DNA of 64,000 bases from Antedon mediterranea (Eukaryota; Animalia; Echinodermata): contig NC_092672.1 in the NCBI RefSeq assembly GCF_964355755.1, positions 3,720,001-3,784,000 of the forward strand. The letters are read 5' to 3'. Shown piece by piece: positions 12,368 through 36,700 of the stretch. Position numbers and translations under genes: made by a program. Every line of letters starts with the position of its first letter. The stretch's first letter is position 1. A model generated the notes under the pieces. The model made no database searches and was not told the DNA's origin. It saw only the letters and a list, made by a program, of their open reading frames with translations.

Positions 12368-13228
12368 AGGAAATAACTGTTTGTAATTTTATATTTTCTT
12401 TGATATTTATAAATGTATAAAATACATTACTGTTTTTATACAAGTTTATCTCCTTTTTACAATATTTTTGGGATTATTTAAAGCATAAAACACAAATTTA
12501 TCTAGGTTTATCGGTTGTGATTAATTAAGGAAAACCTACCTACAAGTTCATCATTCGCGGTACTATATACGTACCATTTATTTGTATCAACAACAAAATA
12601 ATACAGTATTTCTTTCACAAGAATATTTCTATAAACTTATTTGATACAAAACGGGTATGCAATGAGCCGAAGCTCTTAAACGCATTACCCTATAAGTTTA
12701 ATAGAATAAACCAGTAAAATTGGAAACAATGAAAATTAATATTAAGCTATTCAGACGAATAGGCTATATATCTTTTACAGATAGATAGACTAGTAGTTTT
12801 TAATTTTCTAACAATCATTGATAAATAAGAACATTGTCTTTAATTTTAGATCTGTAATATAAGAAACAATTCCAACAACTGCAAGACGATAGCTTTACCA
12901 TTACATTTCAATTATGTATTTGACAAACTTGAATTAAGCATCTTTCACACCTTCTCCGACACGGTTCCAGTCCGGCAAATCAAATCAAACATCAATGTTT
13001 TGTTTTCACGCAGCTACACGCATATCGATTGGTGCATAGCCGCGTATAGCTTTGTGAAAACGAAACATTGACGTTCGATTAATATTCATTCTGAATAGTA
13101 CATCCTTAGTAGCTACGTGTCTCTTTTGTGTATTCCATAATTGATATGTCAGTAAGTTAATAAATTACATAATTAATTATTTACCAGGTGCAGTAGTAAC
13201 AAGCATTTATGTATTATGCAGGTATCAG

Positions 13229-13648
13229 TCTGAATGTGCTAGGAAGAGGCTAAAAATAGGTTTTGTAAAACAGCCACATAAGTGGGGAGGGCATTTGGTT
13301 AGACTAGAGTATCTTAGGAGGTTAATTATTGGTTATTTAAGAGGTACCCATGAATATCAGGATATATACATCCATCTGAATGTATTAGGAAGAGGCTACA
13401 AATAGGTTTTTTAAAACAGCCACATAAGTGGGGGAGGGCATTTGGTTAAACTATCTTTAGGAGGGTAATTATTGGTTATTTAAGAGGAACCCATGAATAT
13501 CAGGATATATACATCCATCTGAATGTATTAGCAAGAGGCTACAAATAGGTTTTTTAAAACAGCCACATAAGTGGGAGAGGGTATTTGGTTATTAACTACC
13601 TTTAGGAGGGTAATTATTGGTTATTTAAAAAGGACCTCTGAATATCAA
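13229..13648. repeat. ~145-bp tandem repeat x3
   Basis: TCTGAATGT..TAG.AAGAGGCTA units start at 13229, 13375 and 13518. Confidence 0.9.
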
Positions 13649-15626
13649 CTCACTACTTTTTCCAGTAGGAAGGGTTACACAACTATAGTTGACATTTTTT
13701 ATAGCAGATTTTTTAATTAATCTGCCTTGCTCCAGATCTACAATGCTGCTATTTTTAGTTTGATTTAGTTGAATGTACTACTGTATAAATATGAGGTTGA
13801 CAATTTCATATTTCCCCTAGCCATTGTTTCACTTTTTTTGACTCTTTCTTCCTCTAGCTCCCCCCAACCCCTAACTGCTGATCTGTGCCATTATAATACT
13901 CATGTTTTTAATTTTGTAAAGTAATAACATTAATCAATCAATGTATTATTATAATGTTGTAAAAAAAAGTATAGTTGTATGTACAGTGGATGGATAAATT
14001 AGTATGTCAATGTTTTACATCCTTTTTAGTCTAGTATAGAAATAATGTACCTGGTAAATATTTGTTGTACGACAATGTATTGTATATCATAAACAATTCT
14101 ACATATTTATATTTAGGTGATATTATATTATAATGTAAGCAAGAAAATCTAACAACAGGATCAAAGGGTTTATCTGTGGCTGCGACACAATCAGTTCCAC
14201 AAAGCAGAGCATGTACATGATAGTACAATACTGTTGGTATTTGTCGCATTCAGACATACGATCACAGGACTGTTGCAAGTACATATCTTGGCAAGGCGAG
14301 CCCAGTGTCCTGTTGTTAGATTGCCTTGATGTAAGCAGGGAGTTGGAACTAAATTACAACTCCCTGATGTTAAGTAAGTAAGTTAATTAGTAGTGATCAT
14401 TGAAATGTAATGATCAAATGTTTTTTTAATTGTAGTATCACTATCACCAATAATTTCTGAGAAAATTGCTGTTTCATAAGCTTATACAGGTATTAGTTAT
14501 ATTATACAGTATGAAAATATCCAAGTTCTGTATATCAAAATAATTAATTACAGTACTGATGTAAGTATTAGCCAAATAATTCACAAATTTCTATCTGAAA
14601 AATGCTTTTGAATTTCCCATTAGGGTTAATGAACATTTCCACTATGCATGCAAATTAATTTGTGTGTAGGCTTTATTTTGGTGCTACCCCTCATAACCTA
14701 AATCATACAGTGTATTATATTACATTTGCTGTATCTTTTTCGAGGGATAACTAATTAAATACTGTAATGTATAATACATTATAAGAAAAGATGTTTGCTG
14801 TGTGTTGCTTTGATTGAAATTACGGTGTCAAAGTTATAATTTGGTTGTGTTGTTATTTGGTACAGATTTTTACAGCAAAAAAATAGGTTGGGTTTAGGAG
14901 GGATAAGCTTATACTGTACCAGGTTCAGTACTGTGTTAAAGAAATTTTCTTTTTAATTTAATCACGTATTTTAAATTAACATTTTAGTACAGAATAAAAC
15001 ATAAATAGGCCAATGTTTTGTAGAAAGAATATATTTGTTTATTAAATTTATTGGACGTTCATTCATATGAGAAAGTGATCAATGGTAAAGTGTGAACCTA
15101 AACTTAAAAATCTCATCGTTTACAAAACGTATTCACCCAGAAAGACAGTTTAATGTGAATATGTAATGCTGGAAACAATACACGACTATGAATACTTTGG
15201 GGTACCATAGACAGGGCAAAATTACAGGCAGTATAGCCACATCTCTGACTGTATTTAGCAATGTTTTGGTACTAAGGTTTTCCAAATTCAGGATCTGAGA
15301 TAGAAGCACCGATACAACATTAATGTGTTCTACTAGACACTACTGTGAGGTTTGAATACCATTTGTTATATTACTTCTTTGTGATCAATCACAGAACCGG
15401 GTCAGTTGACTGACCTTTACATCTGTCTGGTATGTAGACTGGGTTATGATGTCATTAGGATTATGTCATTGGGAGAATCCAGTAGATCAAATAGTGCAAC
15501 ATAAACCATAGAAAAACCCAAGATAAATTCAATTTTTTGTTTGTTTTTAATTATTTCACTCTGTACATAATTAATTCAGGTTTGGTTCAAAATCGCATAA
15601 CAAAAATGCACATATACAATAACTCT

Positions 15627-26908
<11,282 letters not shown>

Positions 26909-27281
26909 TTATATACTGTACTGTGGCTACGGTAATTATAATTAATAAATAATATCTCACCATCAAAATGTTCCTATATAAATAAATGACAAACAAGTAT
27001 AACAAATTATCACCATGAATATTATATTATAATTTTTAATTAAAGCTATAAAATAAAAGGCTGAGTATGATAGAACTAGGCCTAGCTATCTGACACCCCA
27101 GCCACGCTGCTCCTCTCTCTCTCTCTCTCTGCATGCTGCTGCTGAAGCTAGGCTAGGCAACAACCAAACCTCACCTCTCTTTCTCTCTAAAACATGTTCA
27201 ACTAATTACTAAGTAAATGAGACATTCTTAATGTACATAAAATTATGAAATGTTAAACAAAATTTTAGAGGCCTATCTAAC

Positions 27282-27795
27282 CTTTCAAAGAGAGTTTTAA
27301 CTTCATTTTTGTAGTCGTATTTGGTTGTGGAACGGTGGTGGTAAGTGTGTTTTGTGTTCAGTTGCCAAGGTACAATTATACAAGTGCGCATGTGTATGAA
27401 CTCTTTTTGACCTCTTTCAGTCTTTCTGTTGATTATGGGACGCCGATAAAATATGTTTTTTTATAAATTTGATCACATCATTCCTTGTGTTTTCCACTTG
27501 CTATTCAACGCTCAATTACGACTTTCATTAAAGCGCGTCAGTAAAAATTAAGAAGATAATATGGAAACTAGCCTAGGAAATAGGAGGATTGATGGACGTT
27601 TGTGTCTCTTTTGTATGTATATTATTTTGGCACTTTCCTACACCCATATTTGAAGTTGACCTGCCAAAAATCAACAACACTTCCGGATTCTCCAACTTTT
27701 AGCGAAAGAATTGTCTGGGCGGAGAGTGTGTGAGGAGTTTGTATGTTTATAAAGGATTTTATTTGAGAAAAAAATATCAAAAATTGCATATAAAT
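27282..27795. promoter_or_regulatory. Bidirectional promoter shared by EFCAB5 (-) and SSH (+)
   Basis: The ATGs are only 888 bp apart and divergent. Likely EFCAB5 5'UTR donor at 27282 (AAAG|GTTAG). X-box-like GTTGCCAAGGTAC at 27361, NRF1-like TGCGCATGTG at ~27385, ETS site ACTTCCGG 27679-27686, GC box GGGCGGAG 27717-27724. Confidence 0.6.
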
Positions 27796-30700
27796 ATGTC
27801 GTTAGTAACAGTTCAACGTTCACCTACAAATTCAAGTAACAGTTCAACAATATCCGTCTCGGTAAGTAAATAGTTTGACGTTTGTGCTAGGCCTAGGCTA
27901 GGCCTAGGCCTTTTGATTTTACCTGTCCGGTCGGGGCAACGCAAACCGGGAAATTATGCAGACGATAGGAGGGCGTAGGGTGAGTAAACTTTGAAAGGGT
28001 GAATGGCGCATCGAAGTGTGTAGTATTTGATAAACACCTGATAAAAATAATGTATGTATAACTAATGTTTATTTAAGAAGAAAAAAAATCATGCCTATGT
28101 TAATTTATCAATCAATTTCTTCTTTACTGAAAACGATTTAAATTAAAATCAATCTTAAAATAAATTAAAAGCAAAATCTTTATAAACGAAATTATAAAAA
28201 ATGACAGCATACAAAACTGTCATTACATCAACTAGGCCCTATACATGGTGATAATTTTTGATCATACATAGATAGTTTGGTTTGGTATATTAAACCAATA
28301 TTAAATAACGATAGCCCTAGAGACCCCAACAAAATCATTGACATTTTATTTATTTACATTGTACAATTAATTTACGCATATGCGCCGTGGTTAGGATTCC
28401 GGCACCGGAACTCAACTGCCCACCGTTAGGGAATCCGACACGTTATTGCGCATGCCTAGAGCGAAGTAATTATAGCTTGCACTAGTGCCACAGACCGCAC
28501 ACCGAGAGTCGGAGTGTTAACTAGCCTAGTTAGTCGTCGGGCAAGCGAGCGATGGATGAAACTTGTCCTAGGCCATACATGAATTTATAATTAAAATACG
28601 ACTACTCCACGCGTTAAAATAATTATTATGATATTGATAAGAATCCGTATCTATCTAAGAATCGTAATGCTGTAATTTTATTAGACAGAGGAAGTATGAA
28701 GTTCGGAACGGGAGAAAAACACAGGCCTGCCCTAGTGTCATAACGCTTGCATATTTTAAGAAATGTACGAAAGAAGTGAATAGCGTAGCGTTGCGACCCT
28801 GACTTCCCGAAGAAAAACAGTTCTGATTTTTTTCACATCCGCGCGTCGGCTGCTGTCAACAATTAAATCAACTTGTATACGATTGCATGTTATGTACAGT
28901 AAATGCGTTATATGAAATCTTTTATTTTGTACTTGAAAAATCATAAAACTAGTCATGTAATTATATGAAGTTTATATATGAATGAAGCAACCACTTTTTT
29001 AATTACGAAATAAATAGGCCCACTGGTCACATCTAGCTGGTAGGCCTACTAGTATTATTTAGTAGGCACCTAGGCTAGTTCGCCGTGGCGCAGCTATTAA
29101 ATGATCCATCGTTGTTGTATGGAGTCGCCGATTACCTCGCTCTGGGCATGCGCAATAGCGTGTCGGATTCCCTAACGCTGGGCAGTTGAGTTTTGGTGCC
29201 GGAATCCTAACCACGGCGATTAATTTATATCATGGTTCTAGATTTTAATTTGTATTTTTAAAAAAAGTTAAACCTAAATAGCTACCTGGCCTAATTAGCA
29301 CAGTTACAGTAACTTGTTTCACCAAATAGTTTTGAATGTTTTCCCATTTTCAATAAATTTTTTTCAAATATACTTTAAAATATGTTTTAGAATTATAGAT
29401 AATAATATTCAAAACATATTTTAAATTAATAATTAGTTAATTAATATTATTGGCATTTTATTTATTTTTATTGTTTCTCACATAACAATTTTGTTATTTA
29501 TATGTTGTTGTATACAGCATGAAATAAAAAATTATATAAAATAAAGTTAATTAATAAGACTTTTTTTAAAAGGGCATGCCTTAGAGTACATAATCAGAGA
29601 TAAGATCACAGATCAATCATATCCCATCAGTGACATTTAGGCCCGTAGATAGCGGGGTTTTTATGCCTTGGGCGAATCCCCCTTAACCGACTGCGAACCC
29701 CCATCCCCAACATGCCCAATACCTCACCCTCAATCCTCCAAAAACGTGCCTCACAGTACAAAAGGTTATTTGTAAATTGAACAATTTGGGGGTGGGAATA
29801 CTTGGTGTCTTTTTTATTATTTATATTCAAACAGGTGAATCAGAATTGTACATTGTACCAACTCCTCTATCTTAAACGTGTATACATTTTTGGTATCTCC
29901 TTGCATTATTTAGCTAATTTTGTTTGTAACTTATTCAACTTGTTCACGGTGCAAACCAAGTGGTTAACACATAACTGTATTAATTAATGTAACATAATTT
30001 GATTTGTTAGAGCCACTATTTTGCATAATGTACAGTATGACATGCTGTAATTGGTGCATTTAACCTCTAGTTCACCTTTATACAGGAAAACTTGACTTGA
30101 TTTAAATTACCAACTAGTCAACTAGTTGCCTTAATATTTTAAATTCAAAATGATATATTGTTGATTGTAAAATAATACTGACCCAGTGGAGTATTAAAGT
30201 TTCATTCCCAGGGATTTTAATCTATCAGAAAATTGCTTTTTTTTTGCCTTCTGTAAAATCAATTTGTGGTGGTAAATTTCTTTTCAGATACCACAATTCA
30301 CCATAATACATTTTTAGCATTCATACTGTATACTAACGGTTGTTTGCGATCAAGACCAGAATTAATTGGGGTTTTTAAAACCGTTTTAAGATTGGTTCTT
30401 TTTTGTGGAGATCCATTTATGCTGGCAAGAAAAAACCGTTCTTGAAAAGAACAGTATTCAAAACCATATTTTCTGCTCAATAGAAACAGGCCCTAAAATA
30501 ATAAGTTTTCTGTCAATTCCAAGCCCTTCCATAACTTAGATAATACAATAATATAAATAATTTTACTTAATATTTCTTTTAATCCAAAGGAGCCCTTCCC
30601 TTATGTGGTTTTTACAATATCCTATTTTTAAGGTCATAGCACAAGGAAGCTTCTAGTTAAATAACATTTATAAACTAACCTTTGAAAATGTACTTTCAAC

Positions 30701-33700
30701 TCACCAAAGACTGTTATAATTGCATTGGCACATTAGCTTGGTGTTTTCAGACACTTGCTTGTTATACAATGAAGTCATGGTTCGATCTTTTTTTGGTCAC
30801 AGTACTCTATGATTTAAGAAATCTAGAGATCGATGGCTATTTATATAAAATGAATAACTATTCAATCTATGTAAACACAAGGGTCAGAAACTTGTTTTTA
30901 ATTATATAATCCGGGTTCGATCCTGTTTGTAGTCGTGAACAAGGAAGTGTAATTAGTGTTAGATTTACTGTCTAAAGGAACAGTAGATTTTATTTACACG
31001 TTTTAACGTTATGCATTGTTGATGGTACTTTTTAATTCTACACAGTACAGTCTGTGTTTGGTCTTAATTACCTGCACTGTAGTGTACATTAAAGGTCATG
31101 AACATCACAAGGAAGATGTACAGTATATAACTGTACAGTACTATACAACAGTAGATTTCATATTTAAAGACCCTTTCCCTACATTTTTTAGATCTATTTT
31201 TTAAGGTCACAAACTACTGTACATTTGATGTAAAAATAAATACTATATAGTCCTATTGAGATAACTTTACTCGTCTTTAAACGGTTAAAAATGTGAAAAA
31301 TAAGTCGATTCTGATAATTTTAGCGGCCCGCTTTAAATGCCAACATGCATTGCGCACGGATTGATATTTCTGTTTTTCTTCACTTTTCGATCAATCATGA
31401 GGCCAAAATAAATGAAAGACTCCTAACATTTCAGCAAAAATACTGGGTTTCCCCTAATTTGTATCAAGTCTGGCAAAAACAGAAAGACAATTAATGCAGC
31501 AACTATACAACGTCAAGTTAGGCCTATAGCTAGTCTATGTTATCGATGTTTACCAACTAGGCCTACAAAACTAAGCCTAGCTACTGTAGGCTAGGCCTAA
31601 AGACCGCCCACGAGAGTACATTCACCGCAAGCTCCTTAGGAGTGCATTGTTTCTCTCTTTTTATCATAATTTACCATAAAACGTACATTTAAGACAAGGA
31701 ATGACCTGGTTTAATGTTTTTAAAGTAAAATGCATTATTTCTACAAAAAGTCATAAATTGTAGGAAATGGGTCTTTAAATAATACATTATGATGTAAACA
31801 GTAGGCCTACAATAATTGCCATAAAGCAGTTTAATTCTTCTACTTGGGCTTATACTGTATTCCAGGGTGTACTATTTATGTATATCCCAGGGTAGGCTTG
31901 TATATCTCAGTGTGAGATTAATTGTACTGATCCCCATCCTAGTTTCGACTATAATATCCGATGCATGCGTTATATTTTCGGTTCTATATGAATATGATAT
32001 TCACAGAACAACAATTATAATGATATGTGATTCTTATTTAGCAAGAAACTGTTTTTCCTATTAGTTTTGAATTTATTCATTTCTCTATAATCCTAGTGAA
32101 TCCAAGTCATGACCTACGGTAGATGAATATGACATTAATGTTTACATGACGGTTCTTATTCATATCCAGTCAGAGATAAATGGTGATATATAAATGTATA
32201 CTGTAAATTGAAATTGTACAGCGTAAAAATGAAATTGAAAGGAAAAGGTGTAGTTAGTTCATATTAATACACATTTATTCAGTTATTTTACTATTTAACT
32301 GAGGCCCACATAAGAAGCAATACAGCTTGTCTCATCATACAATATAAATATGCAAAATACATAAAAAGAAATACTTTCTTTGTTGCAGTACAAATTTACT
32401 GATTGTACAGTAACTGTATGTGCTGTACTCTGTCTATTTTGGTCTGTTACAAGGGGTTAAACCGTTAAAACCAACACTACTCGCTATATTGGGTGTTGTC
32501 AATAGATATGTGCTTATTAATGCCATGCTCGATATATTTAACACAATGAACTTAGTAAGACACCTGTGTTGTGATTCTGTTTTTAGCTACTGTTAGTACC
32601 TGTTGTTGAGGACTAATCCTACATACAGCACTATACAGGTAGATATAGTAGCTGTGTTGTTTAAAACTATATTTAAATGGTGAACGTTTAATAAGTACAC
32701 GTACATTACTATTAAAAAAACAATACTTCGCCATACATCCTGAAAACTGTTTGCTAAATGTCGGTAAAGAACATACTTATGATGTTCTAATGTGCTGAGA
32801 GAAGGGTGGGGTGTGCTGAGAGGAGGGTGGGGTGTCCAGAGAGAAGGGTGTGGTGTCCTAAGAGGAAGGTGGGATGTCCTGAGAGGAGGATGTGGTGTGC
32901 TGAGAGGAGGCATGTGCCCAGTGGATAGTTGGTTTGTTTCTCAACACTATCATAGACAACAGATTGAGTGAGTGAGTGGCCGAGCGGTTAAGACAGTGGA
33001 ACCGTAATTACGTAGCCATAACATCGGCAAGGGTTCGAGGCTCACTCGCTCCATGGTTCTGATGGTAGAACGAGTCTTCTCGGATAAGGACTATAAACCG
33101 TAGGTCCAGTGTACATATCTAGCTCGTGTGCACTTTAAAGAACCTAGTACATCTTTCGAGACGAGTAGGGGGTTACCCCGGTGTATTAGTACATCACAGC
33201 CACTGATCACCAACTGGGCCCTCTGGGAGACCAGTCTTTGACTGAAGAGGTTACCCAGTATAAATATAAATTTCAATCAATAGATCCCTGGTAAAGATAG
33301 TAGTTATATACTGTAGCTAGAACAAAGATAGAACAAAGGTTAAATTTCAACTCTTTTTAATTTTTTACAATTTAATTTGCTACTGATTATTCTAGATAGA
33401 GTTACAGTATATGTCAAAGCAAAGAATTTCATTTTGTGTTTTTTGATGTCCTATTCTAAATATCACAAACAATGAACACATTGTTATTATTATGATCTAA
33501 ATCGTGCTACGAAACAGTTTAAATTGATTGATTTTATTACAAGCATAGGCTTTTCCAAGGTCTCATACAGTAAGTGCTTTGAAAAGATAAACATGGTTCA
33601 ATCAGGGAAGAGTTCTAACTCTTCCCTGGTTGAATTGTATTTTATCAATAATGGAACAGCAACAATTCAATGTCAAACAATCTATGGGCTTGTTTCTGCT

Positions 33701-36700
33701 AGGGAAAAAAAAACGGATTACTGTGTGAATAAGTCTATTTTGTGCCTAGTTTACCTGAATAAACTGACAAAAGCCCTTTCCAACATCCCTCTCCACAAAT
33801 AGTATAATCCATGAACTATCCCCTCAGAGCCTCTCCACAAGCCACAATAAACCAGATAAATATCCAATCATGTTATAATAATGCAATAAACGGTTATTTG
33901 ATTGACCGTTGTTGACCTGTAGCATCTTGAATGTTTGACCGTCTGAGCGTATTACATTTTTGTTTATGTTAACATTGTGCGATTTGTACAGTAGCATCAT
34001 GACCGCCTGAGCATAATTCATTTTGGATAATTTGTTAATAATCACCACTCACTGTTTTTAATTGTTTTTTGGGGGAACAACAGTCGATTATAAAAATTAC
34101 ATTTTTTTAATCTATTTTTATTTGTATGTAGAATAGAATAGAAACAGGCTCTATAATTGAACATACAATAATTCAATGTCAAACAATCTAGGAAATGATG
34201 AGTATAGACAATGAAACAAATTACCTTTCGTTTTTGTTGATTGATGACCTTCTTATGCAATCAATACCGGAATGATCGCTTTTTCATGTTGGTTTTCAAT
34301 GATACTGCATGTACACAGTAGTAAATGGCTAATTCTGTAATTTTCATTAGTGGGCATTGGATTGTTTGTTTCTGTTTGTAATGTAGAGTATTTTACTTTA
34401 AAAAGAACCAAGAAACCAAAAGCTCTGTCTACAATATCAAACTAGTTTGACAAAAAAAGTGTGATGTACCCAAATATGGTAGTGATATGTCCAAATATGG
34501 TAGTGATATGACATCGTGTCTATATATGGGCACATCACATTTTGTTGTCACATAAAGTTTTTTGATAGTGTAGACAGAGGTTTAGAAACACCTGAGAATG
34601 TATCTAATGGTATTATACCAATAAATTGACAGTTTATAAATGATTTGAGAAAGAAAAATTATATTGTGCCAAACATTATACAGTACATGTACCTATTTCC
34701 TTATCCACATACCAAGTGAACTATGGTATTATTTTTATTTGAAAGCTTTTCCTTTTTGTCAACAAATAGTATGCTTTATATGGAGTTGCTACCAGCCATA
34801 TTTCAGGGGGTTTTAACTATTTTTTATGAATTACTGTAGAATAGTAAGTTATTCATTCGTTGGTACAAAGGGCCGCTTTATGTTGGGTGGTTTCAATTTA
34901 GAGAGGACCTGGTTTTTAAGGAATTTACTTAGGTTGGAAATTACTATAAAAGACTGGTGTTAAGCCTGGAGAGCACTGGACTTAATTTGGTCAAATTAAA
35001 ACACTCACTAGCTAAATTTAAAACAATAGTTAAGATTCCCTTTTGGGGTTAAATATACCAAGCCCCAACAGTTGACTTTACTGACCACTGTATGCTCATT
35101 AGAACTGAACTTACAGTACCGCGGTCTTCGTAAAACTAAACCATGCTATAAAATAAAGTCCAATACCATAATGAAAAATAATGATTGGCCATGTTTAGTT
35201 TGAATAAAGTTATTCACTCTTATTGCAAACAATGACTTAGATTTAACATTTTTTAAACCAGTCCAGTGTGAACAAAGGTTTAGTTCAACAGGTACACAGT
35301 ACTCATTAAAATAAAGAGGGTGTGGTTTTTTTCACCTGTAGCTAGTTATCAAGAAAGTGCAGGTACTGTAATTACAGTAACATTTCCTCAATAAGTCAAC
35401 AGGATTCTTTGCAGACCTACTTTCATACTGTGTTCTTTGTTTGGTCACTATACTGTACTCGTAAACATTTTTTTAAATTTATTTGTAGTACAGTAATAAT
35501 AACAATGAAAATAATACCTTTTGTATTCAGTTTATTTATTGATATTTACTATTAAATATGTTTATTAACTAGACTTCATGTTTATTGTTAGACATTTATA
35601 TCGCCTAAAAAGGAGAGAATAAACTACAGTAGAACCAGAGAAGAGTTAAATTACAATTAATTACAATGTAATTTAACTTTTCCCTGGTAGAATTTATAAC
35701 TACAGTATATGAATATCCCCAATTGCGTAATTAACCCCACCCTCTTATTAGTGACCACACCCATAAACTATACAGTAGCTCTGAACATTAATGTTGTTGA
35801 TAATTCTGTTAATAATAATTAATAATTTTGTTGGCCCGAAATATACGTTTATTTGGTTTCCTGTCATTTATTAAAAATAATTTTAATGGTTTTTAGTATG
35901 AACATAACTAAACATTAACAACATGATAGAATTCTTCTAAGAAATTATATTTTTTAACACATTTTGAAGTGAATTTCACTATAGTACTGTATAAGCAATA
36001 TAGAATAGTCACTGAATCAGTTGTACAACATGAAATTACATGTTCACCTTTTCATTTACCTGCGCTACATCATTGACCTCATGTTGACCTCAATCCGTGT
36101 CTGCTTCGCATATCTACTTATCTATAATGAATGACTAATAGATATTTTTTTTCTGATTATAATGTTTTTTAATGATAAAGTAGAAAGATACCAAGAATTA
36201 AACAACAATAAAATGGTAGATAAGTATCTCCAGAGATTACAAAGAAAACATTAATATCAATACTAAACTGTACAGTACTGGCTTTGTCTAGCATAACATG
36301 TAATTTACATAATGCGTTTCTGTGTGATATATCTGATTGTACATTTGCTTCAAGATTGTATCATAAATAATAATAATATGTAATGCATTATGAACATCAT
36401 TACTACAGGTCTTCGATATATTTAATTAACTATAAAACTACAGTTGTGAAATTGCAATTTAATTTTGCAATATTACTGAGATAACGTTTTTTGCGTACAT
36501 AAGAAATAACATTAACAAGAGTCAAGAACGGAGATATGTATTTTGCAAGCTTTATTCATAATAATCTAAGATAGGATGTAGTATTTTTTATGAATACATT
36601 TTGTCATCATTAAAGATGTATTTCCCCCTACACGCCTCTCCCCCAAACAAATTAACATGAAGATTAATAAAAGACCTTAAATGGGCCATTTTGTAGTTTT

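Noticed and set aside
32593-32913. 106-aa Pro/His-rich ORF
   Set aside because: Derived from the 21-bp minisatellite.
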